Source: Eledone cirrhosa
Lineage: Eukaryota
Direction of reading: 5' to 3'
Assembly (NCBI GenBank): GCA_964016885.1
Contig: OZ024740.1
Span: 286,254,001-286,318,000, forward strand
DNA: 64,000 nt
The notes under the pieces were generated by a model. It was not told where the DNA came from and ran no database searches. It saw only the letters and a program-made list of their open reading frames with translations. Positions 25,376-38,500 of the stretch are shown here, one piece after another. Every line of letters starts with the position of its first letter. Position 1 is the stretch's first letter. The position numbers and the translations under genes were made by a program.

Positions 25376-25814
25376 ATTCTATTACAGTTATATCACTCTA
25401 GTTCTAAATAAGCAATGTTATTAAATAAGTTGTCATGCTTTGAGTTTAAATTATCAGGTAGAAGGGAACCAAATAAAAAGTAATAAACTATGTAAAACTA
25501 TAATCAAATCCTCCCATTTATAATTTGTTATTTACAAATTTTGCACTCCTCATATTTACATTTTGTCATGTGGCTTTTCATTCTTTTATTTCATTTTTTG
25601 GGGTTCGGTCTTTATATATAGTTGTCACATTTTTCGTAATTGGATTTTTATATAGCCATTCATATTCTCAACAACTCTGTGTATGTATATATACATATGT
25701 GAGTGTTTCTTTGTATGTAGGTGCTTATGAGATAAAAAAACTGATAAACCCATGAATGTTAAATTACTCATTTATTTCGAAACCCTGCTACAAATTTCTA
25801 TAATCTTGTACATA

Positions 25815-27350
25815 TATATATATATATATTAATAAAGCTGACGGCCGTATGTATGTAACAAACTTTTCTCCAAATAGCTAGACCAAACAACACCAAATTT
25901 GCACCATAGATGTAACTTTTTCCGAGGAAGAAAGTGGGGGTATTTTTGTCTACTAAATTTTGTTAAAAGATTAAAGATATTTTATTGTTTATTTAAATAT
26001 TCTCTTCTTTAAAATTTTCAAATGCCAACACTTCCGGTTAGCGATCGCTTATACGACATTCCTCTCTCTTTCTTAGTCTGTCTTTTTAGATACATACATA
26101 GCTATAACATTGCGCCCTTATAATGTCTCTGTATGTTTGGATGTCTGCATTATGAAAACCATTCTGTACATTGAATTCGCTATCTGTGTGTGTATATATG
26201 TATATATGTATATATAGTATGTGTGTAGATATATAGTGTGTATATATGTATATAGTGTGTGTGTATATATATATAGTGTGTGTATATATATATATATATA
26301 TAGTGTGTGTGTATATATATATATAGTGTGTATATATATATATAACATATAGTGTTAGTATCATAAATAAGAGAGTTTTATTTGTACATTTTATTAGAGC
26401 ATTCCTTTATACGTATATATACATGTTATTTAGTTGTATAAAAAAGAAGTATAATTATTTTTACTTTTGGCACAAGGCCTGCAATTACCCCAGTATATTA
26501 CTGGTACTTTATTATATATAATACGACATTCCTATCTCTTTCTTACTGTCTTTTTAGATAGATACATAGCTTATAATATCTCTCTGTCTGGTTGCCTGTC
26601 TGCATTGACTTCGCTTCTAACCAACTTTTAATTAATTATATATATATAATTATATATTCGTGTACACACATTTTTGCATACACAAACACATAATACATTG
26701 GAAAACAGAACTACAAAAACAAAATATAAACAAACATTGTATTTATTTTGTTAACTATGCAGCGATTTATATACATTTAGTTCAACTGTACGAAAGCACA
26801 GACGGCTTATCGTCATTGTTACTGCTGATATGCCACCCAAAAAGTCCCGGCCTGGCCGCAAGATCCGATTTTCCAGAAGAAAAAATGTTAAAGCTCTGCA
26901 ATGGCACACGACTTGCAGTCAAGCAGATTCTGTGTCATGTCATTGAAGCCACGATCATGACTGGAGTTGATAGGGGAGAAGATGTATTTATTCCTCGCAT
27001 CCCGTTGCTGCCAGCCAACTTACCCTATGAGTTCAAGTGACTTCAGTTTCCAATAAGACTAAGCTTCGCGATTACCATCAACAAAGCTCAGGGTCAAACT
27101 CTAAAAGTAGCTGGCCTTCATCTGGGAAAACCATGCTTCTCCCATGGTCAATTGTATGTAGGATGCTCTAGGGTGAGCTCGCGAAATAATCTCTTCATCT
27201 TTGCTCCCGAGGGCCGAACAAAAAACATTGTGTACTCTGAGGCTCTAACAATGTAATTTATGTATTTTCTGTTACTTGGAATTTCCATTATGGTTGTACA
27301 AATTATTGTAAAGTTTGTTAAAAAATTTGTTCTCTGTTCAGCCTTTATTG
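25815..27350 (+). mobile_element. Internally deleted Helitron
   Basis: Helitron-like 5' sequence and an internal microsatellite, followed by the helicase C-terminus. Confidence 0.65.
26891..27256 (+). pseudogene. Helitron PIF1-family helicase C-terminus
   Basis: KLCNGTRL...IPRIPL...FK*LQFPIRLSFAITINKAQGQTL...FSHGQLYVGCSRV...TKNIVY, with one in-frame TGA. Confidence 0.92.
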
Positions 27351-27351
27351 T

Positions 27352-28435
27352 TGTAACAATCAATTTTCTTTAATGTACTGGCTGCTGAACTGGGGAATCC
27401 TAAAAACCATTCAAACCTAACATCAGAGCATGTTAATCCCCCACCCCTCGTGCGTAATTGATGGGGTTGTCTATTGTGTGTGTGCGTGCGTGCATGCATG
27501 TGACAGAGGGTTACATAGGGCGGCCAGGTGAATATCAAAGATAATTGGGTTCAAAGGGTCGGGGGAAGGAGTTAGACACGCGCCCAAGGGGTCAGGCAAG
27601 CTGGCGCTAACTTTCGGGGGAGATTGACTACACATGCATGAGGTGGAATCTGCATGCCGCAGTGAACTATAATTATAAACACACTAAGATTGAGTCACCA
27701 CAATAGCTTTCCCCCCTTAGCTCCGTAGTCGGAAGATAGTGCAGGAACGTACCTCTTATTGAAAACCACATACTTGCCACTAGAATTTCATCCAGACTTA
27801 CATAGAAAGAAGAGATGGGCATGTTTACTGGAGGGGGAAATATAGGTCAGTGAGGGTCATGCTGGTAACAACGGGGAGCATGAAGACAATCAAGTAGCGT
27901 GTTGATGCATTCAGCCAAAATCACCACTATATTCCTTGCTACGTTAATTGCATTAAACTAGCAGGCCCAGTTGGATAGCACCTGGCGGTAGGCCTGCATC
28001 AGATCTTTTAGAAAGCCCTCACAACCAGTGCAACAATAGCAGGGTTGTATCAAAACTAATGGTCCAACACCACAGTTGTAACTTTTCCCATGGAATCAAG
28101 TGATTATGGTCGTTGAGCATTCCAGTGGTGGTGGTATTTTTCACGTGTCAGAAATGAGTCACCACAATAGCTCCCTCCCTTGATACGTACTCGGAACGAC
28201 AATGTGACTTGAGAGGGTGTGCGGTATCTTTGCACTGGAGTGGAGGGGCGGGGGCTTCCTGAAAAGATAAAATGTTGGTACACCTAGCCGGGCGCCAGTT
28301 AGTATGTATATATATAAGAGTGGAAGTAAGTAAAATCGAAGTTGCGGTGCTCAGCCAGCATCCACAAAGAGACAATATTCGGAAGCTTTGCGCGAAGCAC
28401 TCAATAAAAAGATATCAATAAATCGATAAGTTACA
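27352..28435 (+). mobile_element. Possible LTR (~1.08 kb)
   Basis: GC-richer block with TGTAAC...GTTACA ends, TATA near 28310 and AATAAA near 28403 and 28417; TGGCG shortly downstream; no TSD. Confidence 0.35.
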
Positions 28436-28543
28436 TCTTAGAGTATTAAACATATATTAAATGGCGTGACAATTGAAAACTGTGGTTAAGGAGACAAAAC
28501 CACAGAAGCCACCACAACAACAAAAAATACAATCAGGTTAAAT

Positions 28544-28586
<43 letters not shown>

Positions 28587-29024
28587 ACATGTAACTCCTG
28601 ATAGAGTCGTAGAGGTGTCATAATGATATACAGCATTTCTATTTCTTGGATATTTTAAAGCTGTTGAAGACTATCTCCTCTCCAGGCCTGAATATACTCA
28701 GTTTCTTCCAGAGAAGAAAAGAAAGGAATAAAAAAGAAGTGAGAAAGAGATATATAGGAAGAATCGCCCCCTGTACTGGACTGCTATTATTTGTTATCGC
28801 TCTTCAAAGGATGAAAGAATTTGAACTCAGAATGTAAAGGACTCCAAGAAAAAAAAAAAATAATAATAATTGTGGCAAAAAACAGCCTTGCTGGGAACAA
28901 CAAGAATTCTAAGAAGGGTGTTGGAAAATTGAAGGAGAAGGAATGATCCAAAGGACCTTTGGCCATTGCTCGCTCTTTTGGTATAGTGTCAGTATAACAT
29001 CTGCCAGAACAAGTGTTACGAATA

Positions 29025-29415
29025 ATAATTGTTTCTACTTTTGGCACAAGGCCAGCAATTACCCTAGTACATTATCTTATCGACCCTGTAAGGATGAAAG
29101 GCAAAGCTAGCCTCAGATCATAAAAGACCGTAACTCTATGCTGCAAAGCATGGCGCCTGACCCTCTATCGATACTGCCAATCCACCGCCCTAGTGTTACG
29201 AATAATAATAATAATGTTTTCTAGTATAGGCACAAGGCCAGCAATTTTGGGGGAGGGGCAAGTCAATTAAATCGCCCCCGGTGCATTACTGCTGCTTTAT
29301 TTTATCGATCCCATAAGGATGAAAGGCAAAGTTAACCTCAGCGGGATTTGAACTCAGAACGTAAAGGGCCGTAACTATATGCTTGCAAAGCATGGTGTCT
29401 GACGCTCTACTGCAA
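29025..29415 (-). mobile_element. Two tandem SINE family A copies
   Basis: Copies at about 29025-29192 and 29210-29415; gtgttacgaataataat flanks the first on both sides. Confidence 0.8.
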
Positions 29416-29744
29416 CAATAATAATAATTTCCGACACTTTAAAGGGTAAAAAAACAACAAACTCTAAAGCTGTGGTGAACTCTAAGGATTCTTTACATTT
29501 CAACTGCATTATTGTGTGCAAGCTATTTTAATATCTGCTAGTTGTTGAAGAATTATTAATATCTGAATAACCTACATACAACTCAACAACAAACGTTTTA
29601 AGGTTATTTTCCACCCTAAAGCAGGGTTTTGTCTTCTGGGTTCAATAACAGACTTCATAACTCACCAACCCTTTCAGTTGCATCTTACCACATGCAGGGA
29701 TACAGTGTCTAAACTGGATACACATAGCTTATTTGAATATATAT

Positions 29745-30420
29745 GTACGGCAAAGCGTAAACAAAGAGGGAAAGAAACTAGGCATAAGAGAAATCAGATG
29801 CAGTGCGCAGGAGAAAAGATTGTGTTGGTATGGACATGTGATGCATATGAAAGATGACAGCTGTATAAAAAAGTAGTGTGCTCAAAGTCAATGTAAGCCT
29901 TAGAGTGCGGAGACCCAGGAAGACTTGGGACGAGGTGATAGAAGCTTACTTTGCCCAATTGCACCTCTCAAGGACAATGACACAGAATGAAGATCTCTGG
30001 CATAATACAGTAATACAGAAGACTCGCCTTCCCATGGGCACAGGCCGAAGTTGAAGTATATATAGAGTATGCACCACCCACTCCCATGAGGACAGGCTGA
30101 GGTATATATCCAGTGAAGCCTCCAGCCCACACTGTAAAGTGGTCGGGATGGTGGCACTACAAAAAACACCTAGCCCACACTGTAAAGTCGTCATGTAGGT
30201 GTTATGGCAAAAAGCATCCAGTCCACATTGTGTCACAACAAAAAGCACCCAGTACTCACTGTAAATGAGGTTGGCATTAGGAAAGGCATCCAGCCAGAAT
30301 CAGTTCTGTGTGAGTAAGACACGGTCACCTGACTTGGCATTGCTCACAACAGGACAACTCGTTTAACGCAGGCTAGTGTAGAAAAATGGACATTAAATGT
30401 TGATGATGCTGCTGATGGTG
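29745..30420 (+). mobile_element. RTE-type LINE 3' end
   Basis: RLCWYGHVMHMK, then the family tail. Confidence 0.8.
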
Positions 30421-30919
30421 ATGATATGTTATTTGAATAACGTATGTGTGCATATGTGTAAGATAATTTATTTTTCTACAGTCAATGAATATTAACTAAA
30501 AAAGACCAATAAATAATTATTATTTATAAGTTTCACCACCTTCCATTTATCATTCAGTAATCCATATTTGAAAAAGTGCCAGCTATTAGAGTTGATTTAA
30601 TTAACTGCTGGCATACAGTGAGTTAGTATGGTGTACTAGAACTAAAAACTTCAGTGACATAGTATTCGATAGGCCCTTTCAATTACAGGTATGTATAGTT
30701 CATCTGACTAGCTTCCAAACAGTTGAAAGTACTACTGGCTACCCAATTTCCCTTACATGGCTTGGATTCATCTAATGACACTGATGATCGATCTAAATGA
30801 CACTTGCTCAAGATGCCACACAATGGGATAACATCTGGGACCTGAGGGTTGTGAAGCAAACTTCTTTACCATTTGACCATACTGCATGCATATATATACA
30901 CACATATATATAAATATAT

Positions 30920-31156
30920 AAATATGCATTAAATGATGATAAGGCTATTTGGGTTTCTGCTTATTGATACAGAACTTTGAATTGTAGTGTCAGTTTCAAC
31001 CCCTTGACATTTTTTGAGTATTTTTGTAGCTCAAATTTATAAGGTTGCCTATTACATGGATATTACTTTCAAGGGGTTGAAACTGACACTACAATTCAAA
31101 GTTCTGTATCAATAAGCAGAAACCCAAATAGCCTTATCATCATTTAATGCATATTT
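30920..31156. repeat. Perfect inverted repeat (88-bp arms, 61-bp spacer)
   Basis: 30920-31007 is the reverse complement of 31069-31156. Confidence 0.9.
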
Positions 31157-32329
31157 TTCTTACTAGTAAGGATTGGACACTAGATGAATAAAAATAAAAC
31201 AATGAATTTCAGTAATAGTATTGATGTTTTGCATACATCAGGACAAATTTTTTTCATTGTAACATATATGTTAAGGTCAATACCTTGATTCACAAATGTT
31301 AATGTGTTGCCCAAAGAGAGCTAGGATCAATTTTTACATGAAATACATGAAAAAACCCAAAATTTTGGAGCAAAAATTAAGGTATCAACTTTTACACAAG
31401 TACATACGGTAAATGCAGAGTAATCCACAGAATAAGAGATGTTTTCAATTCAATGTTCACTAATCAATTTTTGCTATTTGTCCCTATCTGTACATAGTAA
31501 AGTAAGCAGCTTCAATAAATATGTATAATATCAGATATGGTTAGATAAGTCTTTTTCTAAGCTCCTCCAACACAATAAGACTCTGTAGCTTCACTTCTGA
31601 TTGAAAAGAGTGGCAAGTGGTATATTTGGTTTTCTCAAAGCATATCCAATCAAAATTTATACATTTGAACATAAAATGATATTGGTTGAGAAAGTATGTG
31701 CTCTTGTAATTAACCAGTCATTATTTATTCTTTGAGGAATAGATAAAAGTAGTAATGATTTCAATTTGATTTTTATATAGTTTTAAGGGTTTAATGAAGA
31801 GGTAACATAGGAATATAGGAGGGATGTTTTTAATTCAAAGTTCATTCTTCATGAAATCCTGTATATACTGTGTTCTTATCTATGTATATAGATATAATCT
31901 CTCCTTGGTCCTTTCAAAGTGCACAGATAACCATCAACAGAACACTATGTGACTATTTCTAATATACTTTCACTTTTCTATTTCGTACTTCTTCCCTGAA
32001 GCTTATTTTGTTTATGATCTCTCCTGTCCATGACCATAAAGGTTCTATTTTTTTGGCATGTGCTTTTCTTTTACCTGTTTTTCTTCTAAAATCTTGTTTA
32101 TTGTACACTCTCCTGCATACACCTGAACCCACCCATCTACATCATTCACACCACCACCAGCAGTCTCTGACCAATCAAATAAACAGTTTCTCACCAAGAT
32201 AAGGGAAACTGACATAATAGATCAGTTTAGAAAGGGGGCTGAAATATATCACTATGTTCATGAATATGACTGGAAGACCGTGCAAGCTCTCTACATCCCA
32301 GACTCAGGAAACCAAAACTAATATCAATC

Positions 32330-33830
32330 AATTCATTTTCCAGGTCCTTCCCCTTTCATGTATGTAAACTTCAAAACTTCAGGGTCACCACTATCAGTTT
32401 TGGAATGATGAAAGGGAGATCCTATGAGATTGTAGAGCAAAGGCAAGTGGATGTGTATTGTGCAGAAGAGACTAAGTGAAGAGGAGCATCAGCTAGGTTC
32501 GTTATGGCCACGAAACTGTGCTACAAGTTCTTCTGGATAGGAAATGATCTTGAACTGAGAGGCGCAGGTATCCGGCTAGTGGAAAAATGGGTACACAAGG
32601 TAATTGATAAGGCTAAGGTGAATGATAGAATCATTAAGCTTTGACTGGTTTTAAGTAAAATAACTGCGACAATTATCTCTGAGAACATACCACAATGGCC
32701 GACACATGAATTGAAAGATCACTTTTACGAGACCCTTATGAAAACTACCTCTTTAACAAGGCTACTGACAAGGTCTGTGGCCAGTGCAGGCCCCCAGGAT
32801 ATAGAGTGACATGGTGGTGGAATAGAAGGGTGGATGAGGCAATTAAAATTAAGAAACAGGCATGTAAAACTGGCAAAATAAGGGAACAGTGTTAAGATGC
32901 TAGAAAAGGAGCTAGGCATCACGTTTTTTTTAGCTAGGAGGGAAGCAGAAAACAAGTTTGCATATATTCTGCATCATGAGGACCATAGGCATAAGTTAAT
33001 TAAGATTGTAAGGCAATGTGTAAGGGAAAAATGTGTCCAAAATGACAGTGGTACACTTGCCCTCACTGATGCTAAGAAGAAAGAAGCACAGAAGTGCTAT
33101 TATGAGAGACTGCATGGGAGGAAGATGCAAAGTAATTAAGGATATGAAGACAGACAAAGCAGCAGGTCCATCAGAAATAGAAGCTGAGATGCTGAAAGCA
33201 TCTGGTTGGGTGGAGCACTCACTAACTACATGTATAGTAAATCAAGTAATACAGGATGGCATCATACCTAATGACTGGCATAGCAACAGCAGCATTGTCA
33301 ACTGCTTCAAGGAGCAAAGGAGATGTACTAGACAGGAAACTAAAGACATCAAGTTGATGGACCAGGACATGAAAGTTACTGAAAGAGTTATTGCACAACT
33401 AATTTGAGATAGAAATTACATACATGAGATGCAGTTTGATGTTTGGCTTGGTAAAGTTATCTCAGATGCCTGCTTCCTTATGAGACAACTACAGAAGTAC
33501 CTAGCTAAGAGTAAGCTTTTTACCTAATGTTTGTTGATCTAGAAAAAGCTTTTGACAGGGTTCTACATGCCATAATCTGATGAGCTCTTTGCAAACTAGA
33601 AGTAGAAAAAAAACAGCTGGTAAGTAGGATACAAGCCGTGTACAGAGGTGCAGTCAGTAAGGTTAGAGTCAATAATGAATACAGTGACAAATTTAGTGTG
33701 CAGGTAGGGGTCCACAAGGACTATCTTCAGCCTCCTCCTATTTATTATTGTCTTTCAGGCCATAACAGGAGTTTATAACTGGCTGCCCATGGGAACACTT
33801 ATACTCTGATGATCCAGTCCTCATAGCCGA
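32330..33830 (+). mobile_element. RTE-type LINE with APE endonuclease and RT remnants
   Basis: ETK*RG, YKFFWIGN, NDRIIKL, KAAGPSEI and FVDLEKAFDRV. Confidence 0.8.
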
Positions 33831-34096
33831 AACTGGCCAGACCTCCCTCATAATGCAACCACCCAGATCCCAAAATACTGTAGCAGTCCTGACGTGTGAA
33901 AGGTCCAGTGCAGTCATCAGGCCAGACATGACTCATATCAGGACCACTTGATAACACGTCTCCTTTATGAGTAAGGTTTGGTGCGACTAATCTGGCCAGA
34001 CTTGTCTCATGATGTGGACGAGATGTCTAACCCATGCAAGCATGGAAAATGGACATTAAACAATGCTGATGATGATTTATATATATATATATATAC

Positions 34097-35520
34097 ACAG
34101 AGTAGATGAGTGGCTTGTGTAGGCTGTACAAGTCATGTATAGAGGAACAGTCAGCAAACTTAAGATTAACAATGACTATAGTGTTGAATTATAGTGTTTA
34201 TTATTGTCCTACATGCTATAACAGGAGTTTAAGACGGCTGCTCAATGGGAACTCCTGTATGCATAGCTAAATCTATGGCAGAATGAGAGAAGAAATTCCA
34301 AGTCTGGAAGCATGGTCTAGAATCAAGGGTCTTAAAGTCAACCTGACAAAGACTAAGGTCCTAGTAAGTAGTAAGGAAAACAGGGCCCTGATCTCCTTAG
34401 GGAAATGGCCTTGTTCAGTGTGCCGGAAATATATAGGTAGAAATTCCATCCTCTGTCCCAAATGCAAACTATGGGCACACAAGAGATGTGGGATCACAGG
34501 TAGGTTAACTAGAAGCAAACACCCACAGGAAACAAACTCTGTCTAATTCTTGGTGGATGCTAGAGAAGAAGTAGACAGCTTCTGCTACCTGGGTGACCAA
34601 ATCAGCAGTGGAGGTTAGTGTTCCGAAAGTACAGTAGCCAGGGTGAGAACGGATGGTAAAAGTTCAGGGAGTTACTACTAAAGATTTTTTTTATCTCAAA
34701 ACAAAGGACAGATTGTGTAATGTGTGTATACAAACAGCAATGCTGCAAGCTAGTGAGGACTGGGCACTGTATGCAGAGGACCTGTGAATATTGGAAAAAA
34801 ATGAAGCTGACATGCTTCAATTGATGTAATATACATGAACGGCAAAGCATAAACAAACTGAGAGAGAAACTGAGCATAAGAGGAATCAGATGCAGTGTGC
34901 AGGAAGGGGAAATTGCTTTGGTGTGGACATGTGATGCATATGAAGGATAATAACTGCAGAGTGCTCAAAGTTGATGGAAGCTATGGAATAGGAAGACTTG
35001 GGATGAGGCAATAAAAGCTGACCTTGTGATGACACAGGACTGAGATCTCTGGCGTTATGCAGTTATACAGAAGACCCACCTTCCCTCATGGACGGATTAA
35101 AGCATACATCTAGTATGCACCTTCACCTCCCATGTCCTAATACACCACCTCTTACCCACGTCCTTAGATTTACCTCAACAATCCCCACCAAAGTCCCCAA
35201 CTTACACTGTAAAGTTGTCATTTTGGTGCTACAGCAAAAAGCACCCAGCTCCCATTATAAAGTGGTCATATAGCTGTCATGATAAAAAGCGCCCAGTCTA
35301 CAATGTAAAGTGGTTGTGTTGGTGACAAGACAAAAAGTGCCCAGCCCACACTGCAAAATGGTTCTGTAGATGTCATTAGGAAAGGCATCCAGCCGTAGAT
35401 AACAAGACAGAACCAGTTCTGTATGAGCAAGGCAGTCATCTGATCTGACTTGTCTCACAACGGAACAGCTCATCTAACCCATGCTAGCATAGAAAAATGG
35501 ACATTAAACAGTGATAATGA
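34097..35520 (+). mobile_element. RTE-type LINE 3' half
   Basis: GLKVNLTKTK and GKWPCSVC...CPKC...HKRC, then the family tail. Confidence 0.85.
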
Positions 35521-35538
35521 TATATATATATATATAAA

Positions 35539-35705
35539 TGGAGGCACATGGCTTAGTGGTTAGAGCATTGGGCTTGCAATCGAAAGGTTGTGAGTTCAAT
35601 TCTCAGACCGGGTGATGTGTTGTTTCCTTGAGCAAGACACTTTATTTCACATTGATCCAGTTTACTCAGCTATAGAAATGAGATGATAGGACTAGGGTCC
35701 CTATC
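35539..35705 (+). mobile_element. tRNA-derived SINE family B (CORE-like)
   Basis: tggcttagtgg A box, gagttcaattc B box, then ccttgagcaagacactttatttcac; second copy at 45144-45310. Confidence 0.8.
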
Positions 35706-38124
35706 ATACCACTGCAGAGTGGAGGTGCCACAGCAAAAAAGCACCCAGCCCACACTGTAAAGTGGACGTGGAGGCACCACGGAAAAAAAGCACCCAGCAC
35801 TCACTGTAAATGAGGTTGGTGTTAGGAAGGGCATCCAGCTGTAGAAATCAAGTCAGAATCAGTTCCCGTCCCACCCTTGCAAGCAGGGAAAAGCAGACGT
35901 AAAATGATGATGATCATCATCATCATTTAACGTCCATCTTCCACGCTAGCATGGGTTAGACGGTTTTGTTCCACTTGATGCGGGAATGGTTGGGAGACCG
36001 TGCCTCGCTTGTACGGAAGTGTCTGTGGCCAGTTTTTTACAGCTGGATGTCCTTCCTAACACCAACCACATTTACAGTGTGGACTGTTGTGTCATCGACA
36101 CAGTGGATGGAACGGGAAAGGGAGGATGGGGTAGGGTGTGTGGAGTGGGGTGTACATAAGGTTAAGAGGTGCCTACTGACTGTAGGTTTGTATGCAATAT
36201 ATATATATATATTATGATTTAGTTCAAAGATACAGCCGTTTATGCCATTCTGTGTGGCCTTTTGAAAGAATAAAAATTTCCAACAACTCTTTTATTTTTA
36301 TTAATATGTTTTTGTCCATCTCTTATTATTTTAAATAAAACCATAAGACGAACATTGTTTTTTTCTGTGTTTTAGATAATTAGTACATAATAATTAAATT
36401 TTTAAAATATACTGTAGATTTTAAGAATATACAATTTTGATTTCTTGAATGCTGCCTTATTATATTATGAGTAAATTAATGCGGCCTTTCAACATGAAAA
36501 GATTCCCCACCTCTGGCTTAGTCAGTAAGAAAGGACTATGTCCATGATCTTCACAGGTCTTCTTTGACATTGTTGGAATTAATACTGTTGATACTCAGCT
36601 GGAACAGCTGTAAGATGGTGTTTGTAGGGGGAAAAACATAGGAAGAGAATTCCAATGTTGACATTTTTAGAATGAGAGATTGGGCATAGTTAATGTAAGG
36701 CCTAGGTGGGTAGGCACAGTATGGTTGATTAGAGAAGAGATGAGTGTGTTCAGTAGTTCTGTGAACTAGCAAAGCAACAAAAACAATATTCAAATACCAA
36801 CTGTTATTGCAGCCATCATCTATCATCATGATGTACTGACTATTTCTGACTCTTCTTTAGCCACCATTAAAATCACAGAAAATACCTAAAGTATAGCAGA
36901 AATTATGATATATTCCTAGATTGAGCTCTTTTCATGTCAGGTGGGGAATTAGTGGAGTCATTAGGGCATCAAATGAAATTCCTTGGTATTTTTTCTGGCT
37001 CACTGCTCTGAGTTCAAATTCCACTGTGGGTTAACTTTGCTTTTCATCCTTTCGAAATGGATAAATTAAGTGCCTGTCATATCTTGTCTGGCTCTGTGCA
37101 TTTTGAATTTAAATCCTGACTCCTTCTGCTAGTTGTGACTAGCAAAAAGTATCAGCAATGGAAACATTGTCTCCTTGGCTCAGTCTGACAATCAACTTCT
37201 TCATATTAGAGAAACTAATAAAATAATACACTTGTGCAGTTTGTGTCAAAAGACACTTCTTTGCACGTGATATCACTATACATAAGCTTCAGTACTGACT
37301 TGGTCTATATAGACTCATCCAACCCTTCTAGCGGGGAAAGCAGTCATTAAATGTTGATGTGATAGCAATATTGGTAGAGAAGGCATTTTGTAATGGGAAA
37401 CTATATTTAATAGCAACAAACCATGCATGAAAAGTTTAACATGAATTGATGAAATGCTTGACTGTTTAAAATAATCAAATATTTTTCATTGTTGAAGAAA
37501 CCTGTTCTATTATTTTTTATATTGGGATTAGTCATTGGACTGTTGCGAGAGTAGGACACTGCCCTCTCTGATGTGGCTAGTTACACCTACCCAAGTATTT
37601 ATTTTATCAACTGGTAATTAGGTAGCTGGCTGGCAAAATCAGTAGACTGTTAAATATACATTGTAGTATTTGGTTGAATCTTGCCTAGGTTTACTTTGCC
37701 TTTCATTAAAATAAGTATTAGTTAATACAAATAAACACTGGGAGTCAATATAATCAACTATACCTTACAAGGTGAGTCCCTGGCATGAACACAATCAAAT
37801 AACTGAAACTAATAACAGAAAGAAAGATAGGGTTATTTCTGTTTGAGTAAAGCTATAGCATGAAATTAGCCACCCCATACTTAACCATTAGTTGGAACCC
37901 AATCAAGTCAAAAGCCAATTCAAAAAATATTTATAAAACTTGTATGCTATGTCGAGGAACATTTGATTCCTGTGGTCAATTGATACAATAATGGCTTGGA
38001 ACTATCTGTAACATCCACAATAATCTGCAATTAAATATCGTTTGCTAGATAGTTATTAATAACCAGCAGAAATTCTTCAATTTTCTTTTCAGATAATTTA
38101 TTTGACACCTAATAAAGTCATAAT

Positions 38125-38500
38125 CATCACTGTTTTACGTCCGTTCTTCCATACTAGCATGGGTTAGACGGGTTGTCCTGTTGTGGGCAGTGTCTGGTCG
38201 GCTGACCATGCCTTGCTCATACAGGAACTGATTTTGGCTTGATTTCTACAGCTGGATGCCCTTCCTAACACCAACCTCATTTACAGTAAGTGCTGGGTGC
38301 TTTTTTGCTGTGGCGCCTACATGTCCACTTTACAGTGTGGGCTGGGTGCTTTTTTGTCGTGGCACCACCACGACCACTTTGCAGTGGGAGGGTGTGGGGG
38401 CATATTGTCTATATGCTTCAGCTTGTACCCATGGGAGGTCGGGTACTCTGTATTACTGTGAGATGCCAGAGGTCACAGTCGTGTGTCATTGCCTTTGAGA
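38125..38500 (-). repeat. RTE 3' tail repeat
   Basis: Reverse complement closely matches 14470-14840. Confidence 0.8.

Noticed and set aside
28590-28690. Degenerate hammerhead-like strings (also near 43385 and 49055)
   Set aside because: Both halves of the core are too corrupted to support a call.
35539-35615. tRNA-like sequence
   Set aside because: It is a SINE head: multicopy, lacking a clean acceptor stem, and followed by the SINE body.
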